Assembly (NCBI RefSeq): GCF_004010195.1
Contig: NC_057755.1
Coordinates: 697,581-761,580 of the forward strand
Reading direction: 5' to 3'
Length of the DNA: 64,000 nt
DNA from: Chiloscyllium plagiosum
Lineage: Eukaryota
In this document: in pieces, positions 38,941 to 52,380 of the stretch
Layout: every line of letters begins with the position of its first letter
Position numbering within the stretch: position 1 is the first letter of the stretch
Translations under genes and position numbers: made by a program
The notes under the pieces: generated by a model
Told to the model about the DNA's origin: nothing
The model's database searches: none
Seen by the model: only the letters and a program-made list of their open reading frames with translations

Positions 38941-40900
38941 AACTTACTTTGTGCATTGCAAAAGTTTTGAATCTGCAAACATTCCTTCAGGGAACCACTG
39001 GAAGGTAGCCACAGCCCTCTGGAATTCACTTTAACACTCTGCAGTGTTCCAATGATACTTTAGAATTGTTGGAAAAGAACAACACAGAAACAGGTCATTC
39101 AGCCCACTAAGTGAACTCACTTTAGCACTCCTCAGTCTTTCTATAATCACATATAATTGCAGGAAAGTTAGGGAACAGAAAGCAGTTATTCAGAAAGTAG
39201 TCTGCATCAATTGAATAACCTAGCTCCCATTCTGATTGCACTTTCCAGCACCTGTTCCACAGGTTTGAAAGTTACTTCATTTCAGGTGCAGAACCAGGTT
39301 CCATTTAAATGTGCTGTGCGTTGCCACCTGAAACACAAACCAAAATGGGAAGTGAATTCCAGGAACGCCATGAATGTAAGGGTTAGCCCTCATGTCCACT
39401 GAAATCCTTCCATCATTTTTTTCTCAATCTCTGACTCCTAATAAATATGTCCCGTGTTCGGGTGACAAGACTTCATGCAAGACCATAAATACTTTGGAAA
39501 CGTCAATAACATTATCTCTCATTATGGTCTGTTCCACAGAAAATGACCTTATCCATCTTTCCTCATTGATGCAGTAATTTTCACACACTGGCAGCATTCT
39601 TGTAAATCCCTTTTATTCTCTCCTCAGAGAAACGCTGTCCTTACTATGACGTGCTGACCTGTACTGTGCACAAAACGCAGCTGCGAGCCATCCAGTGTCT
39701 CATGCAGTTCCCGTATTACAAGTCAGGCAAGGGGGAGGGAAATGTTCTGAGTTATATCTGGTACAGAGAGAGTAGTAAATTTGGGAGGGCTAATATGGAA
39801 TTTCATCTTTTGGGTGTCTGATCAGTGCCTGAGAAATATAATGGATCTCGAAGCGTATAGTTGGGGCGTCGTCTGATTGAAGTGTGGGGTTAGTTTATCG
39901 GTTCCACAGGTGTTTGACTATGTGTTTAATAGCCTCACGTCTACTCAGATACTGGGTGATTAATTACAGAATAAGCCAGAACCCAGACAGAAATCCAGCT
40001 TGATGGATGATAATCGTTCTTTTGATTTAACAAAGTGTTCTCATGCTGAGCTATCAACACACAAAGCTGCATATATTGCTTCCACAACAAAACAGACGTT
40101 TATTACAAAGGAATTGATTATAAAATTAAATAAGTCACGTCAGGCACTTTTAAGGCTGATTCAAAGGCAATGAACACACAGTAAATGCATACTCTCAATC
40201 ATCTCAAAAAAATGTATAAAAGAAAACCAAGAAAATGACTTTTACATGTTACACCACTTCCAGGGTCATTCCAAAGAAAACACCCCTTGCATAATATTCA
40301 CATCAGATTCACTGGCGTGCCAAGCAATTCGATAATGACCTATATCTGACACTGTTAAACTGAAAACGCAGTAAACTTCTTCCAGGAGCTACCATACAGC
40401 TTAGTGTCAATGTACTCAGGTTTAAGTTTTCTCTTCAGAACTTTTTTTAAAATCAGAACACTTCTGTCTGGGATCAGTACGAAATTTTCCTTCCAAGTTA
40501 GTACAACTGACTGTCTCTCTTATTCCCTTCTCATCATCATAGATCTATACATCCACTCTGTACAAGGTCTTACAAGGACGAAAGAAATGACAAAAGTGAA
40601 GCTACAAGTTTCTCAGTTAAGGGTTTTTCCTCTCTCTCAGAGTTCACAACTCTCCAACAAATCTTTGAGGCTCCGTTAATACCATGCTGGGTTGCAAATT
40701 ATTAAAAGTAAACAAAAGTTCATTTTTGCACAAAACCATTCAGCCTATAGCCTGATTTCAAAAGCAGTTTTAAAAAAAACAAATTGCTGTGGTTACAGAA
40801 ATGCCGACAGGTTCATTATTAACTTCAGAAGTGCAGCGATCCCCGCCACTTATTCACACAAAAACCAGAATCAAACTCGTTTATATCTTTCCAAATTGAC

Positions 40901-41790
40901 TACCGTATATACACTCATATAGGTCGAACTTTTTAAGACTATTTTTTAAAGTTGACTTTAAAGAATAAACTATTGCGCGGGCACAAGTTTTGAAGTCGAA
41001 AATTTCATGCTGCAGTTACAAGTACCGTATTAATATCAAACGTCGATTTGATCGCACAACTGATCCTGTGTATAGAAGAAAAATGCATTGAATTACGGTA
41101 ATGGTAATTACCAGCGAAAAGCAAGAGACCAGTATGAAAATTTAACATGTCGAAGACTAGTTGAAATCCTGCAAAATCGCGCTGTTCAATGTCGTCATGG
41201 TCTGATATAATGGCACAATTAAAACGAAACATTCATGAAACATTGATTGTGTAAGCGTCTTGTACTTTCCAGTCAAATTATTGTATTTCCCTCCCATTTA
41301 CTCTCATGTTATGAACCTCAACAACATTAACACACTTGTCAAACAATTGTAGATATACCAGCCTGTGGCTAATATATCTCACTTTTATTCAGATATAATG
41401 GCACAATTAAAATGATTGACTTTTTAATTAGATTAACTTTTGGATGTACAGTGAACAAAGTGCAATAAGTACCAATAGACTTAGTACCGGTCTGAATGAA
41501 TGAACGAATCAAATCATGCTGTACTAAATCAAGTGCAGTAAGTAGAGTTATGAATGAATTAATGAATGAATGCAATATAATAAACAAAGAGTGATGAGTA
41601 GAGTTACGGGATATGATTGAATGAATACGATTTTGTTTGAGTTGGTTCATGAGAACATGCAGTTTCCTTTGTAAGAGGTTTACAATGCAATATGAAAGGG
41701 TCTAAGTATGCATATGATATGTGGAAAATACAACAGTTTTTTGGAAAAACAAAGGGATCGACTTATACATGAGATCAACGTATTCATGAC
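40901..41790. mobile_element. Putative non-autonomous Tc1/mariner-superfamily (Tc2/pogo-like) DNA transposon
   Basis: Left end TACCGTATATACactcatataggTCGA; the right end has the inverted tcgacttatacatgag. The block is absent from the paralogous intron position in copy A (~3190). Confidence 0.55.
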
Positions 41791-42447
41791 ATAATTCCAT
41801 CAAAACTCACTGTAGTCTCCAATTGAAATGGAGAATTCTGGAAGGTTCCCAGAAGAGATGAATAATTACGCAACGGAAAGTTTAAATCCCCAGGCAATTC
41901 ATTCGCAACCTGCAATATTAGGTATTCCACAAGGTGCCTGTAGTCTGAGACTTAGTCACTGATCAGTTTCCCCTGTGTGACGGTGGCCTCTACATGCCCT
42001 TGTATCATTGTCAATTTCAGAGTGAAACCGCAGATAACTCTCAGACAAATTCAATTGTGCAAGGAACTTAACAGGAATTGTTACAATCAGGAGCGTAGTG
42101 TAAATCTTTTTCTCCATCTGATGTAATAAAGAATGCATTTTCTGAGGGAATCTCTATGTGTATGTGCAGGCTATCTCTCCACACGAAATGATGCGGTGGT
42201 ATCATCCCAAAGTTTTCATTCATACCGATTGACATCACCTTTGGGGCTTTCGGGTTATAACTTGGTTCAATTCATTCACTTAAGAATTTCAACAAACAGG
42301 TGACAACAGCGAGTTAACTCCCATGTGACAAAGTAATTTTAGAAGTGGGGCTCATTTGGTAATGTAAATAGAAAACCTTAGAAAACATTGTGTAAAATCA
42401 TAAAATCCTTGCAGTGTGGAAGAAGGCCAATCAATCCATCGAGACAC

Positions 42448-42580
42448 CCCTGATGAAGGGCTCCTGCCCAAAACGTCGATTTTTCTGCTCCTCGGATTCT
42501 GCCTCACCTGCTGAGCTTTTCCAGCACCACTCTAATCTTAACTCTGATCTCCAGCATCTGCAGTTCTCACTTTCGCCCAA
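42448..42580 (+). mobile_element. Isolated Penelope pLTR end
   Basis: cCTGATGAagggctcctgcccAAAAcgtcgattt...ccagcatctgcagt, flanked by repeated ccaatcaatccatcgag/ccaatcagtccatcgag (TSD-like). Confidence 0.7.
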
Positions 42581-45500
42581 TCAGTCCATCGAGTCCACTC
42601 CAACACTGGAAAGGGCATTTCACCCAAACCTACCCATTGTTCCTGTGAGGCAGCAAAGTTCTTGTATTGGAGCTGTCCTATTTATATATCAATACTGTAT
42701 TACTTCATGTTGAAGTTACGCCTGTCTCCAGAATATTAGCAATGCTGTTTCTGGCTTTCGGGAGCTGCTGCAGAGCTCCTGCAGCACTTTGGGATGGATC
42801 CGCAGTCCCAGAGCTCACCAGACTGCGTATGGTAGCACAGAGTAGTAGCGGTCACGTGTTGGGGTGTGGGGAATGATTCAGCCGGGGCACCTGAACACCA
42901 ATTATGCAGAGACACCTGGTCTCTGGTTATTGTGGGGTGGAACATACATTCTGGAAGTGGGTAGACAATAAGTGTAGAGCCCTAGGAGAAGAAGGATGGT
43001 TAAACGTAGACAGGGAGACGGTTGCAATGGGAGAGAATTCAACAGGAAATAATGCGCAGAGTATTAAAGGGACAAGAGCAGATGGTTAAGTCGAGAGTAA
43101 TAGGTAGAGAGGTGAATCCAGGAGAGCAGGGGAGAATTAAAGACAGAAAGGGGAGGATTTAATGGAAACTAATAGGGAGAAAATTGCATCAAGAGTAAGG
43201 GGAAGAGTGTTAATGACACGGGCACAGGGAGATGTTTAATACAAGGGAAGCTGCAGGAATTGTAATGAGGTCAACCAGATTAATGTCATTCAATATGATT
43301 AATCTGATTGTTGGTGTTAAGCTGGTACAATCAGGAAGTCCTGGCAGACAGATATAAACTGGAGTATCCGGAATTCTGCTCACTCTTGGAACCAGCTTTC
43401 TGCTCGCTGGGTCGGTGTCATGTACTGTGCAAGTGTAAATGCAGTGTGACTTGATGATGGTTTACCAAAGTTTGTGGAAGGTGACAGGATTAATAGCGAC
43501 GATTTTGAGTACATGGGAGTAACGTGAGCATTTTATTAAGGGGACAGAGAGGGTAATTAGTACAGAGGAATAGAGAAAGATATGAAAAGAGACGAATGAT
43601 TAGTCGTTTGAATACAGAACGGCTGGGAGACATAAAATACAGAGGAAAGGAGGGAGTTAAATACAGCGTGGAGTGGGTAATTGGAGAGGAGTTATGAGAT
43701 GCCGAATTCAACAGCAATATGGAGAAAGTTGAATAAAGGGATAGTGCTAAATGCTGTCATGTGTGCGGTTTATAAAGAGTGGATTGACTAGACAGTAATC
43801 ATGACAAGCTTGAATACATGGAAGACAGGGATACTTAAATACAGAGGAATAGAAAGGATCAAATACAGACAAAGATTGGGATAAACAAAGAACAATAGGG
43901 GAGAATGAAATACAGACCAATGGGGAGAGAATTAAATGCAGGGCAGTGCATAGAGACGACTGAAGACAGGTAACTGCTTAAATACAGAGGGAGAGAGAAA
44001 GTATGTGAAAGAGTAATTGGGAGTGATACAAAAACTGTGGAAGATAATGGATCACACATAGCGCAATACAGATGAATAAGGAAAGGATTCCAGTTACTGA
44101 GATGATTTCTAACATTATTCTGTGGTGGGGTGGGGGTGGGGGTGGAACTGGCATAGTCTTCCGATTACCCACCAATTAATTGGCTCATACCTACAAATTT
44201 CCAAATCTCAACATTGAACCTTGGCTCTCACTCTGCCCATCGCGATTATTAGTTGCCTCCCTGTTAATTGCCTCCCAGGATCTACACTCTCCACCTCATC
44301 GACAACTCTCTCATTCCCAATCCAGTTGTCATTTCAACTGATATCCTCCCCACTTCTCACAATTTCCCTTTCCCTTCTGCCTTTGCTTTTTTGTTGAGCA
44401 ATCTGGAGAGATCCAATGCCCTTCTGCTGTTCTTGTACTCACATGAGAGGGAATGAATGGCTTTCTGCTGCTCCTTTTCAACCATTTCAAAATAAGCCAA
44501 ATTGCCTCTACCACTTCCTCTGCAGCAGTTTAAAAAGTTTTCTTTTAATAATTCATTCATGGATGAGGGAGTCCTAGGCATTTATTGCCCCAGAACATTA
44601 CCTGGATGCCTTCATTAACAGGGCTTTTCCCTGAAATTTCGATTATCCTGCTCCTCGGCTGGTACATGACCTGCTGTGTTTTTCCAGCACTATTCTAATC
44701 TTGACTGCCTTCATTAACAGTCCAGCGATAATTCCACTAGGCTATTGCCTCTCGCTGCTGAATGGCCTCTTCCTGTGTTACAGGCTGGAGAAGAGACTGA
44801 ATTAAAATCAAAAGAACAGTGGATGCTGGAAATCAGGAAAAGAAACAGAAATCACTGGGAAAACTCAGCAAGTCTGGTAGCAGCTGTGGAGAGAAATCAC
44901 AGCTGAATGGCCTCCTGTTCCTGTGGGACAGGCCAGAGAAGGGGCTGAAAGGCCTTCTCTTATTCCAGTGTTGTTGGGTATGTTTATGCCAAGATCACAG
45001 TCATTCAATATTGAAAACTAAGCAATTCTTTGTCCATTGAATTTTTAAAAAAATCTGTCACTGAAATTTTCAAGTCCCTGGCTATTTGTTCTCCTGTTGA
45101 ACAGTATTTTAAAGAAGGGCGGCTTGCAGTATTCCAAATATTGCAGCTATTCACTGCCTATTAGTGGGATATTTCCAAATGCATTTTATACCGTTAACCA
45201 GTGAAAGGGGCAGGCAAATGGCAGATCATATAGGAAGTGAGAAAGCTTTAATCTGGTTGGTGAGGAGCCATAATATAAATAAAGTGGCCGAATTCTGGAG
45301 AGGACATATTACCATCAAGAAGTGAAGGTGTACTTTTATATTTGCAAGTGGCTGGGCAGTTTGGTCGGCATGCAAAAAGCCATACAAAGTCAAATTAGCG
45401 TACAAAGGTCAGGGAAATGCTGCCAAACCTGTATACTTTACTGTTTCAGCCACAGTTGGGCAAAAGAGTCCTGATTTGAACTCTTGAAAATTGAATGGCT

Positions 45501-46319
45501 TTTAATGGGTTAAAACTGAACTCTGCACACATCTGAGCAACTCATGTTAGGAAGAATATCAATGCCTTAGGTAGGCTCTTGGAGGAGATTAATAGTCATA
45601 GGGGCATAACAACAGAGCATTCAGTCCCTTGAGCCTGTTCCGACAGTCATTGGCTGATCTGCAAGTTAACATCATACACCTGCAATTGTGATTTATCCCT
45701 TAATACCTACGCTCAACAAAAAAACAATTCTATCTCAGATTTAAAATTAACAACTGATCAAGCATTCATGCCATTTGTGCAGGAGAGTTACAAACCTCCA
45801 CCAGCTTTTCAGAGTGGAAGTACTTCCGAACATCTCTCCTGAATACACTGGCTCGAATTCTCAGACTTCGCCCCTTTGTTCTAGAATGCCCAAACAGTGG
45901 AAACAGTTTATCTTTATTTACTTTGTTTCTTAAATTCTCGAGAAACAAGGTCTGATTTACGTCCCACCTCTTAATAAATCACAAAAGTACAGGTATCATT
46001 CTTAAAAATCTACTCTGTACTCACTCCAAGACCAACATATCCAACCTAATTTGGTGCTGTCTGGCTCTGCTCACAGCACTTCAAGTGAGATCTAAACAGG
46101 GTTTTCTATAACTGCAGCAAGACTTAAATGGCCTTATATGGGATGAGAGCTTCACTGTCTAGCACCGCATTTAATGCCCATCTCAGAGGACAGTTAAAAT
46201 ACAACCGCCTTGCTGTGGGTCTGGAGTCACATATAGCTTATACCAGTAAAGGATTTGTGAAACGTACTTTGTGATTTTCCCTGCTGGAAAATACTGAGGT
46301 AAAATGATTGATCAGCGTA

Positions 46320-46550
46320 GGCGAAAGTGAGGACTGCAGATGCTGGAGATCAGAGTCAAGACGGGAGTGGAGCTGGAAAAGCACAGCAAGTCAGGCAGCA
46401 TTCGAGGAGCAGGAAAATTGACGTTTCAGACAAAGACCATTCAGCAGGAAGGATTCCTGATGAAGGGCTTTTGCCTGTAATGTTGATTTTTCTGTTCCTT
46501 AAAAGCTGCCTGACCTGCTGTGCTTTTGCAGCACCACTCTAATCTTGATT
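46320..46550. mobile_element. Palindromic short element made of two inverted Penelope pLTR ends
   Basis: 46345-46450 is the reverse complement of ~46453-46550. Both halves have decayed CTGATGA...GAAA cores. Confidence 0.7.
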
Positions 46551-47689
46551 AACCAGCGTGTTGACGATTTCCCTGTAGGTATTGACAATATCCCCTGTAA
46601 GATTAAGTTCTGATTAATCCAATCGACTTGCTTACTGCGTGAACCTCGTTTGACATTAATAATAAGACATGATTTATTACCTTTGAAATACAAGACATAT
46701 AAATGTACAACTTAACAAAACCAGTCTTTCCCTCTAATATTCTGATTAACCTTCCAGTACTGAAATGTCTATGCCCACACACTAGTTCAAAATCCTCAAT
46801 TACAGCTCATCGAACTGGAAATGGGGCTGTTCTCCCTACTCCAAAGTTCCTGCTTCGTTGTCCTGATATTTTCTGGAGAATGCGTGGGATCTCTCTGATT
46901 TGAATGGCTTTTTTTTTAGCGATGAAGTAGAGGTGCTGGTTTGGACTTGGGTGGAAAATGTCAGAAGTCACATGACATTCGGTTATCCTCCAATTTATTT
47001 GAAACCACAAGATTTCGTGTGATTTCAGAACTTCTTTCAGCTAGTTATCCAGGTCATTTCCGATGCAGTGGCTTAGCAGTATTATAATGTACCAGCGTAA
47101 TTATTATAACTTAAATTTGGAGTCTATCTTAGGAAGGGTGTTACATAAGACAGTATTTTATATTTTATGTTCCCCATCTTAATTGACCTGTCTCAAAAAC
47201 AGTTCTACTGAAACTCAGATCTTGGTCCACCCCAAGCATTGTGGCAATGTCTCACCAACAACCCATTCAATGGACAATGAAAGTGAAGGTGTGGACATCT
47301 GTCTGGCTTGATTCAGTTTGACAGTGAATGTTGCAAACTTCCTGGTTAAATGCCTCAGTTCCATTTCCTCTTCAACATCAGTTCAATGTAATCAATCAAG
47401 ATAATGGCATTGTGCAACTGGGCCTAGTACACTGATGCCACTGCCGACACCACGATTCTGTTCCAGCTTCATAACGCTGCTGCTGTATACACCACTGATT
47501 GCATCTACCTCCACCGTCACCACCACGAGGAACAGATGTTCAAGATGAAGAAGGGAAAGAAAAGAAGACAGAAGCTGTGACCAGCCTTTTGATGAAGTGC
47601 TCAAGGGAGATTGAAAAGGAACGAAGTGTTTCACCTGTGAAGTGAGAGTAGAGAGGCTGGATTTGGTTTCAATCCATCCACTGAAGTCA

Positions 47690-48975
47690 AGTCAGTGTTT
47701 TTCTCTGACCACTGCCTCCTGCCGACCTGCAATGGAGCGTGGAATCTGAACGTGAAACTGCTGATCCCAGAAAACATGGAAGAGTTAAAAAGAGTTCCAC
47801 AGATTGGAGAAACGTGAAGCCCTCCTTTGAGTCTCCATCAGACTTGTGGGAATTTGTCAAGAAGACTATCAAGACGATTTTTATACTGAAAAATGCTTTG
47901 AAGGTGAGACAGTGACGGGGAATACTCCACAAAAGCGTGCAGAACCTACTCCTGTTGCACACAGTTGGGGTTGATATGACAGATGATCTCCAGGAGGAGA
48001 AGAGCCAGTAAGCTTCGCTCTTTACTTCAGAAGCCTCCAAGATAATATCCCGGTCCAGAGTACACTGCAGAGAAGTGTGAGACCTGCACGCTTATCTCCT
48101 TTCTGGGTGGTGCACTGGGAGAGCAATGTGCTCAGCATCCTGAAGAGAGAAGATGCCTCGGTAACATCTCCATAGTCTGAGATCCTAAGGAACAGCAAAT
48201 CCTTTTATACCAGATTGCATGACACGAAGTACACAGATAGTGTGGCCCCTCTGTCATTCCAGTCCTATCTCGCAGAGGTCACAGGCGACTGCACAAGGGA
48301 GACGTTGGTCCAGCCGTTATCTCTGAATAAGATGACCAAAGCCTTCGACTCCTGAGACAAGAATAAATTTCCCCAAAGTTACGGCTTAACGGACGAGTTA
48401 TGTTCACTCTCTGGGCCTTGACTGGCAAGAACTTGCTGGTGGTGTATGACAATCTTCTTTGAACAAGTACCCTGTAGTCCATGAGGACAAGTATCGCCCC
48501 CCTCATCTACAATCAGAAAGGGGAGACAGATAACTGACGAACAATTTCGTTGTTGAGCAAAGATTAATAATCTTGTCTCAGGTCATCGCCAACCAGATCA
48601 CATCTGCTTGGGAATCAGTGATTTACCCCGACTGAATCTTATTTGCATCGGTCGGGATGATCCAGAGAGCCGCACATTCCTGAGGGATATGATTGCCTGC
48701 GTGCAGGACACGGGGAGATGGAAGGTTGCCTCCGCAGTCCGGACCAGGAGGAGGCCTTTGACAGAATATTTCTTACCTACTGTGGGATGTGCCCTCCAAA
48801 AGGGGATTTGGAGAGGCCATACGTGAATCAATCCAACTGTTCTCCACCATCGTCATTAGTGCAACCTCAATCAAAGGTTGGGAATCAGGAAGCTTCCCAA
48901 TCAAATACGGAGTCAGGCAGAGCTGCCCATTCTCACCTTTCTTGTTTTATTGTTTACCTGGAGGCAACTGAATAA
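47690..48975 (+). mobile_element. Tx1/L1-clade LINE ORF2 fragment
   Basis: PDQEEAFDRI and GWESGSFPIKYGVRQSCPFSP. Confidence 0.75.
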
Positions 48976-51759
48976 TTGTTGTACTTCATTCAGACGTTTC
49001 TTCCTCATTAGCAACTGAGTATTCGCTGAGAATTTCTTTGACCGAGGTCCCTAAATTCATCATTTCGCAATTATACAATTCATTATATAGATTCAGGAGC
49101 GGAGTTTCAGTCTCAATTTCTTCATTCTCCATCCTAATAAACAATTTGAACATTTTATGATCACTCTTTCCCAATACAAATACACTGTTAAAGCATGTGA
49201 TTGCATTGTGTCCGTAGTTTTATGCAGACCATCTAATGCTGGATAACATAGTATAGCCAAGCATCAGGAACTTCCAATCTTGCTGGATAATCTGATATTC
49301 AGATAATCAAATGCCAGATAATTGTGCTTCCTCTGCATGTTGTTAAGCCATGCTATTGTACCGTCTCTGTCATTTTTGGAGTAAGTATATTAAATCGCTA
49401 TATGCTTACACTTGTTCTACTGTATCAATTCAATGCTGCGAGACATAATACGTTAATCATTTAAGTGTGGTATTTCTGTCCAAATGCCACACACAGCATC
49501 ACAAACAATAAATAATGAAGGTGAGCTTTAAGCAGTAACTGTGTCATGAAACATTCTGTTATCGAGGATCTCCTCAAAATCAAAACGTAGAGCTCCCAAA
49601 AGAACTCTGCCCCTGAATCTGTGCAGCACGTAAGTGAAGTGTCTGATCCTTAAGACTAGGATTCTGAAGTATAACACCTTTATGAAGACATAAATGGTTT
49701 CTGTTGCTTTCTTTTTCACTCGCAGATTTTCAATTCCTGAGGCCAGATTCATTTTTGTCCCAAATGAGTTTGATCCTCAACGTTTACATGTGCACCAATC
49801 AATGCGGATCCGCCAGAATGAGCGTGACCTGGAGATATTTCAGAGCTGACTTTGAGGCACACAAGAGCCGTACACCAGCAGACATGGGTGAGTGATTCTC
49901 TGTTCCCTGCAATGTACTGCACATGTGCAGTGAAGAAAGCTAAGATGACTGACTGATGAAGTGACGGAATAGCTTGAAGGGATATCTGATGGTGAGGCCA
50001 GGGAGGGATTTGAACACATAAAGATGCAGAATTGCCAATGTTTGAGCAGTAGTCAATATTGTCACTAAGTCCTTTAGTGATGGGGGAATTGTGTCTTCGT
50101 GTGAGGACTGGTAAAGGAGAGAAAACAGAGAATGGGAACAACATTTCATTTTCGTGTTCTCAGGCTGGTATTGTGGATCATTACTTGAGATACAGTATTT
50201 ATAATCTCTATCAATGACTGGCATGATGAGATCGAATGTTAAGTTTGCTGATAGCGCACTCTTAGGTGGGACAGTAAAAGACAAGGAAGACATGGAAATG
50301 CTGAAAAGAGGAAGGGCAGTTTCAGTGTAAGTGACCAAGGCATAGCCTGAGCAACATATTGTGGAAAGATGTGAGTCATTCCCCCTTCATTTTAGCCTTG
50401 GAAAGATTTCACGCCTTAATAAAATTCTCAATGCCTCTCCTTGTCCTATAAAAGAGGCAACAATAAATCTTTCTATCCATTCAGTGCCCGAGGTTTCCAT
50501 TATTCTTTTGAAAACTTTACTCCCCTCAGATCCTTCTGAATTCCAGGAATACAACAAGTGTCTGTTTCATTTCAGGTCCTCATTATTGAACCCTGGCTGG
50601 CCAGATATCATTCTGGGCAATCAATGCAGCATTCAAATGGGCATGGACTCCCCAGTGCCCATTCATTTGTTGTTTTTTTTTCCGATTTATATAAATTCAA
50701 GCGAGTGCTGAGCTAACATCAAGTGACAACAGGGTACAAACCTAAATTGCTGACTGACTCTTTCAGGAGCATCTGTCCAGATGGAGTACACGATGGTAAA
50801 TTGCCACGACGCTACTCAGGCTCAAGGAAGTTTCAGAACAATGTCAGCACATATTCAGGGGAGGGGTGTACTATGGTTGAGGCAGGGGTGTAAGCGGGAA
50901 AGTATGAAAAGATACGAGCCAGAGATCCTGGCACACATTGGCACCAAAGCTGTTTGTTGGTGAAACGACGCTTCAAGATTCGGCATCCTGCCATTCATCT
51001 CGCTTTATTTACATATGCAGAGCCTTTGACAGGAGCCTGTCACTGAATCAGGCACTCTGTATCTCAATATCCCTGACATTCACCCCTAAGAATCAACCAG
51101 GTCTCCCTTACTGACACAGATTAAAAGCCCCAATTAGGGATTTTATATTCAAGAATTTCCAGCTACCCGATCTCATGACAATCTTTACAGGGAGAAAAAA
51201 AGTATTGACTTTCTGAAAGTGGAAATTAGCGAATCGGACACGAAATTGAAAAGTAGACAATCTGTGAGTGAAAGAGAAGAGCAGCAAAATCACATTCTGG
51301 ATCGCTTAAGATATTGTGCTTCTGAATCCACAGGATCAAACACTTCCTTCCCGTGCCTCACAGATTGGGGGACAGAGTTATTTCCAGTGCGTTACTTGTT
51401 GATTTTCGAGAGCTCCTCAATAATATGTGCGTTAAGTGATACCGTTACTGTCGAAACTCAACCTTTTCTTAAAAAAAATATGTCTTTATGATGATGTGCG
51501 AGATATTTGTTCAGAAATACACTGAAATAATACATCAATATCTTGAACTGGTCAGAACCGTCCAAGAACCTAATGAAACAATGTACATTGAAAGAACTGA
51601 TTGATTACATCTCACAGTATTGGATTGACACAAGAGCACAGATGTAAGCATGCAGCAATTTGTTATATTTTCTCCAAAACTTGCGGACGCAATGAGATAA
51701 TATTATGTAACAATATTATTGCATTTGGGGAGAATGAACATAAAATGCTAACGTGTTGG

Positions 51760-52380
51760 TGTGCGATTTCCTGTCAAAGGCCTTCTCCTGGTTCAGGCTG
51801 ATAATGCAGGTTTCCAAACTCACTATCTCATTCATATACAATCATATCGTGAAGGCAGCACGAGGCTCTCAGAGATCATCCTGCCCGGTACAACACAGGT
51901 TGGGTCGGGGTGAATCACTGATCTCACAGCAGATCTGACCTAATTGGCGATGATCTCAGGCAGGCTTCTGTAAATTACTTTTAGCAGTAAAACTAGTCGT
52001 CCGACCTCACTGTCTCCTTCTAAATGTAGATAAGAGCAATGATAACTTTCCTGTTGAATTCACACAGGCTACCTGTTCAAAGTATACTGTTGTCCACTTC
52101 CAGCAGAACAAGGCCAATCAAGTACCACAGAGGTGAAAACAATTCAAGTGATAAGCCATCACTTCTGGAAAGTGTACGCTTTTCTAAGGATTTGAGTGCC
52201 TTGGTCAGCTTCTCCAGACAGAACCGCTAATGCAGATTCTCCCGTCTGCTGTCGTCTAAGACCTCCGTGATTAGATGACAGGAACCAAGTGGGAGGCTGC
52301 ACTGTCTTTGTGCTTCACGACATATAGACTGGCATCAAAGGAATTGCTGATCCTCAGGATGTACTTCCCGGTGGTCACTC
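51760..52380 (-). mobile_element. Tx1/L1-clade fragment, inverted paralog of ~48170-48770
   Basis: Minus strand SLNQEKAFDRKSH, with nucleotide similarity to 48170-48770. Confidence 0.7.

Larger units (their letters stand above)
27003..42138 (-). pseudogene. GPR139-like GPCR, copy B (exon 1 42138-42072, exon 2 27834-27003)
   Basis: Exon 1 encodes MHSLLHQMEKKIYTTLLIVTIP and is 67 nt like copy A, but the donor reads TTAAGT instead of GTAAGT. Exon 2 starts ctcttag|ttaatttc and contains CGLFKCTALCMLAMA...ATDCSVRFTVLSTFDRFVAICCQKIK, with an early frameshift and several deletions. It ends LHQLVT*. Confidence 0.85.
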
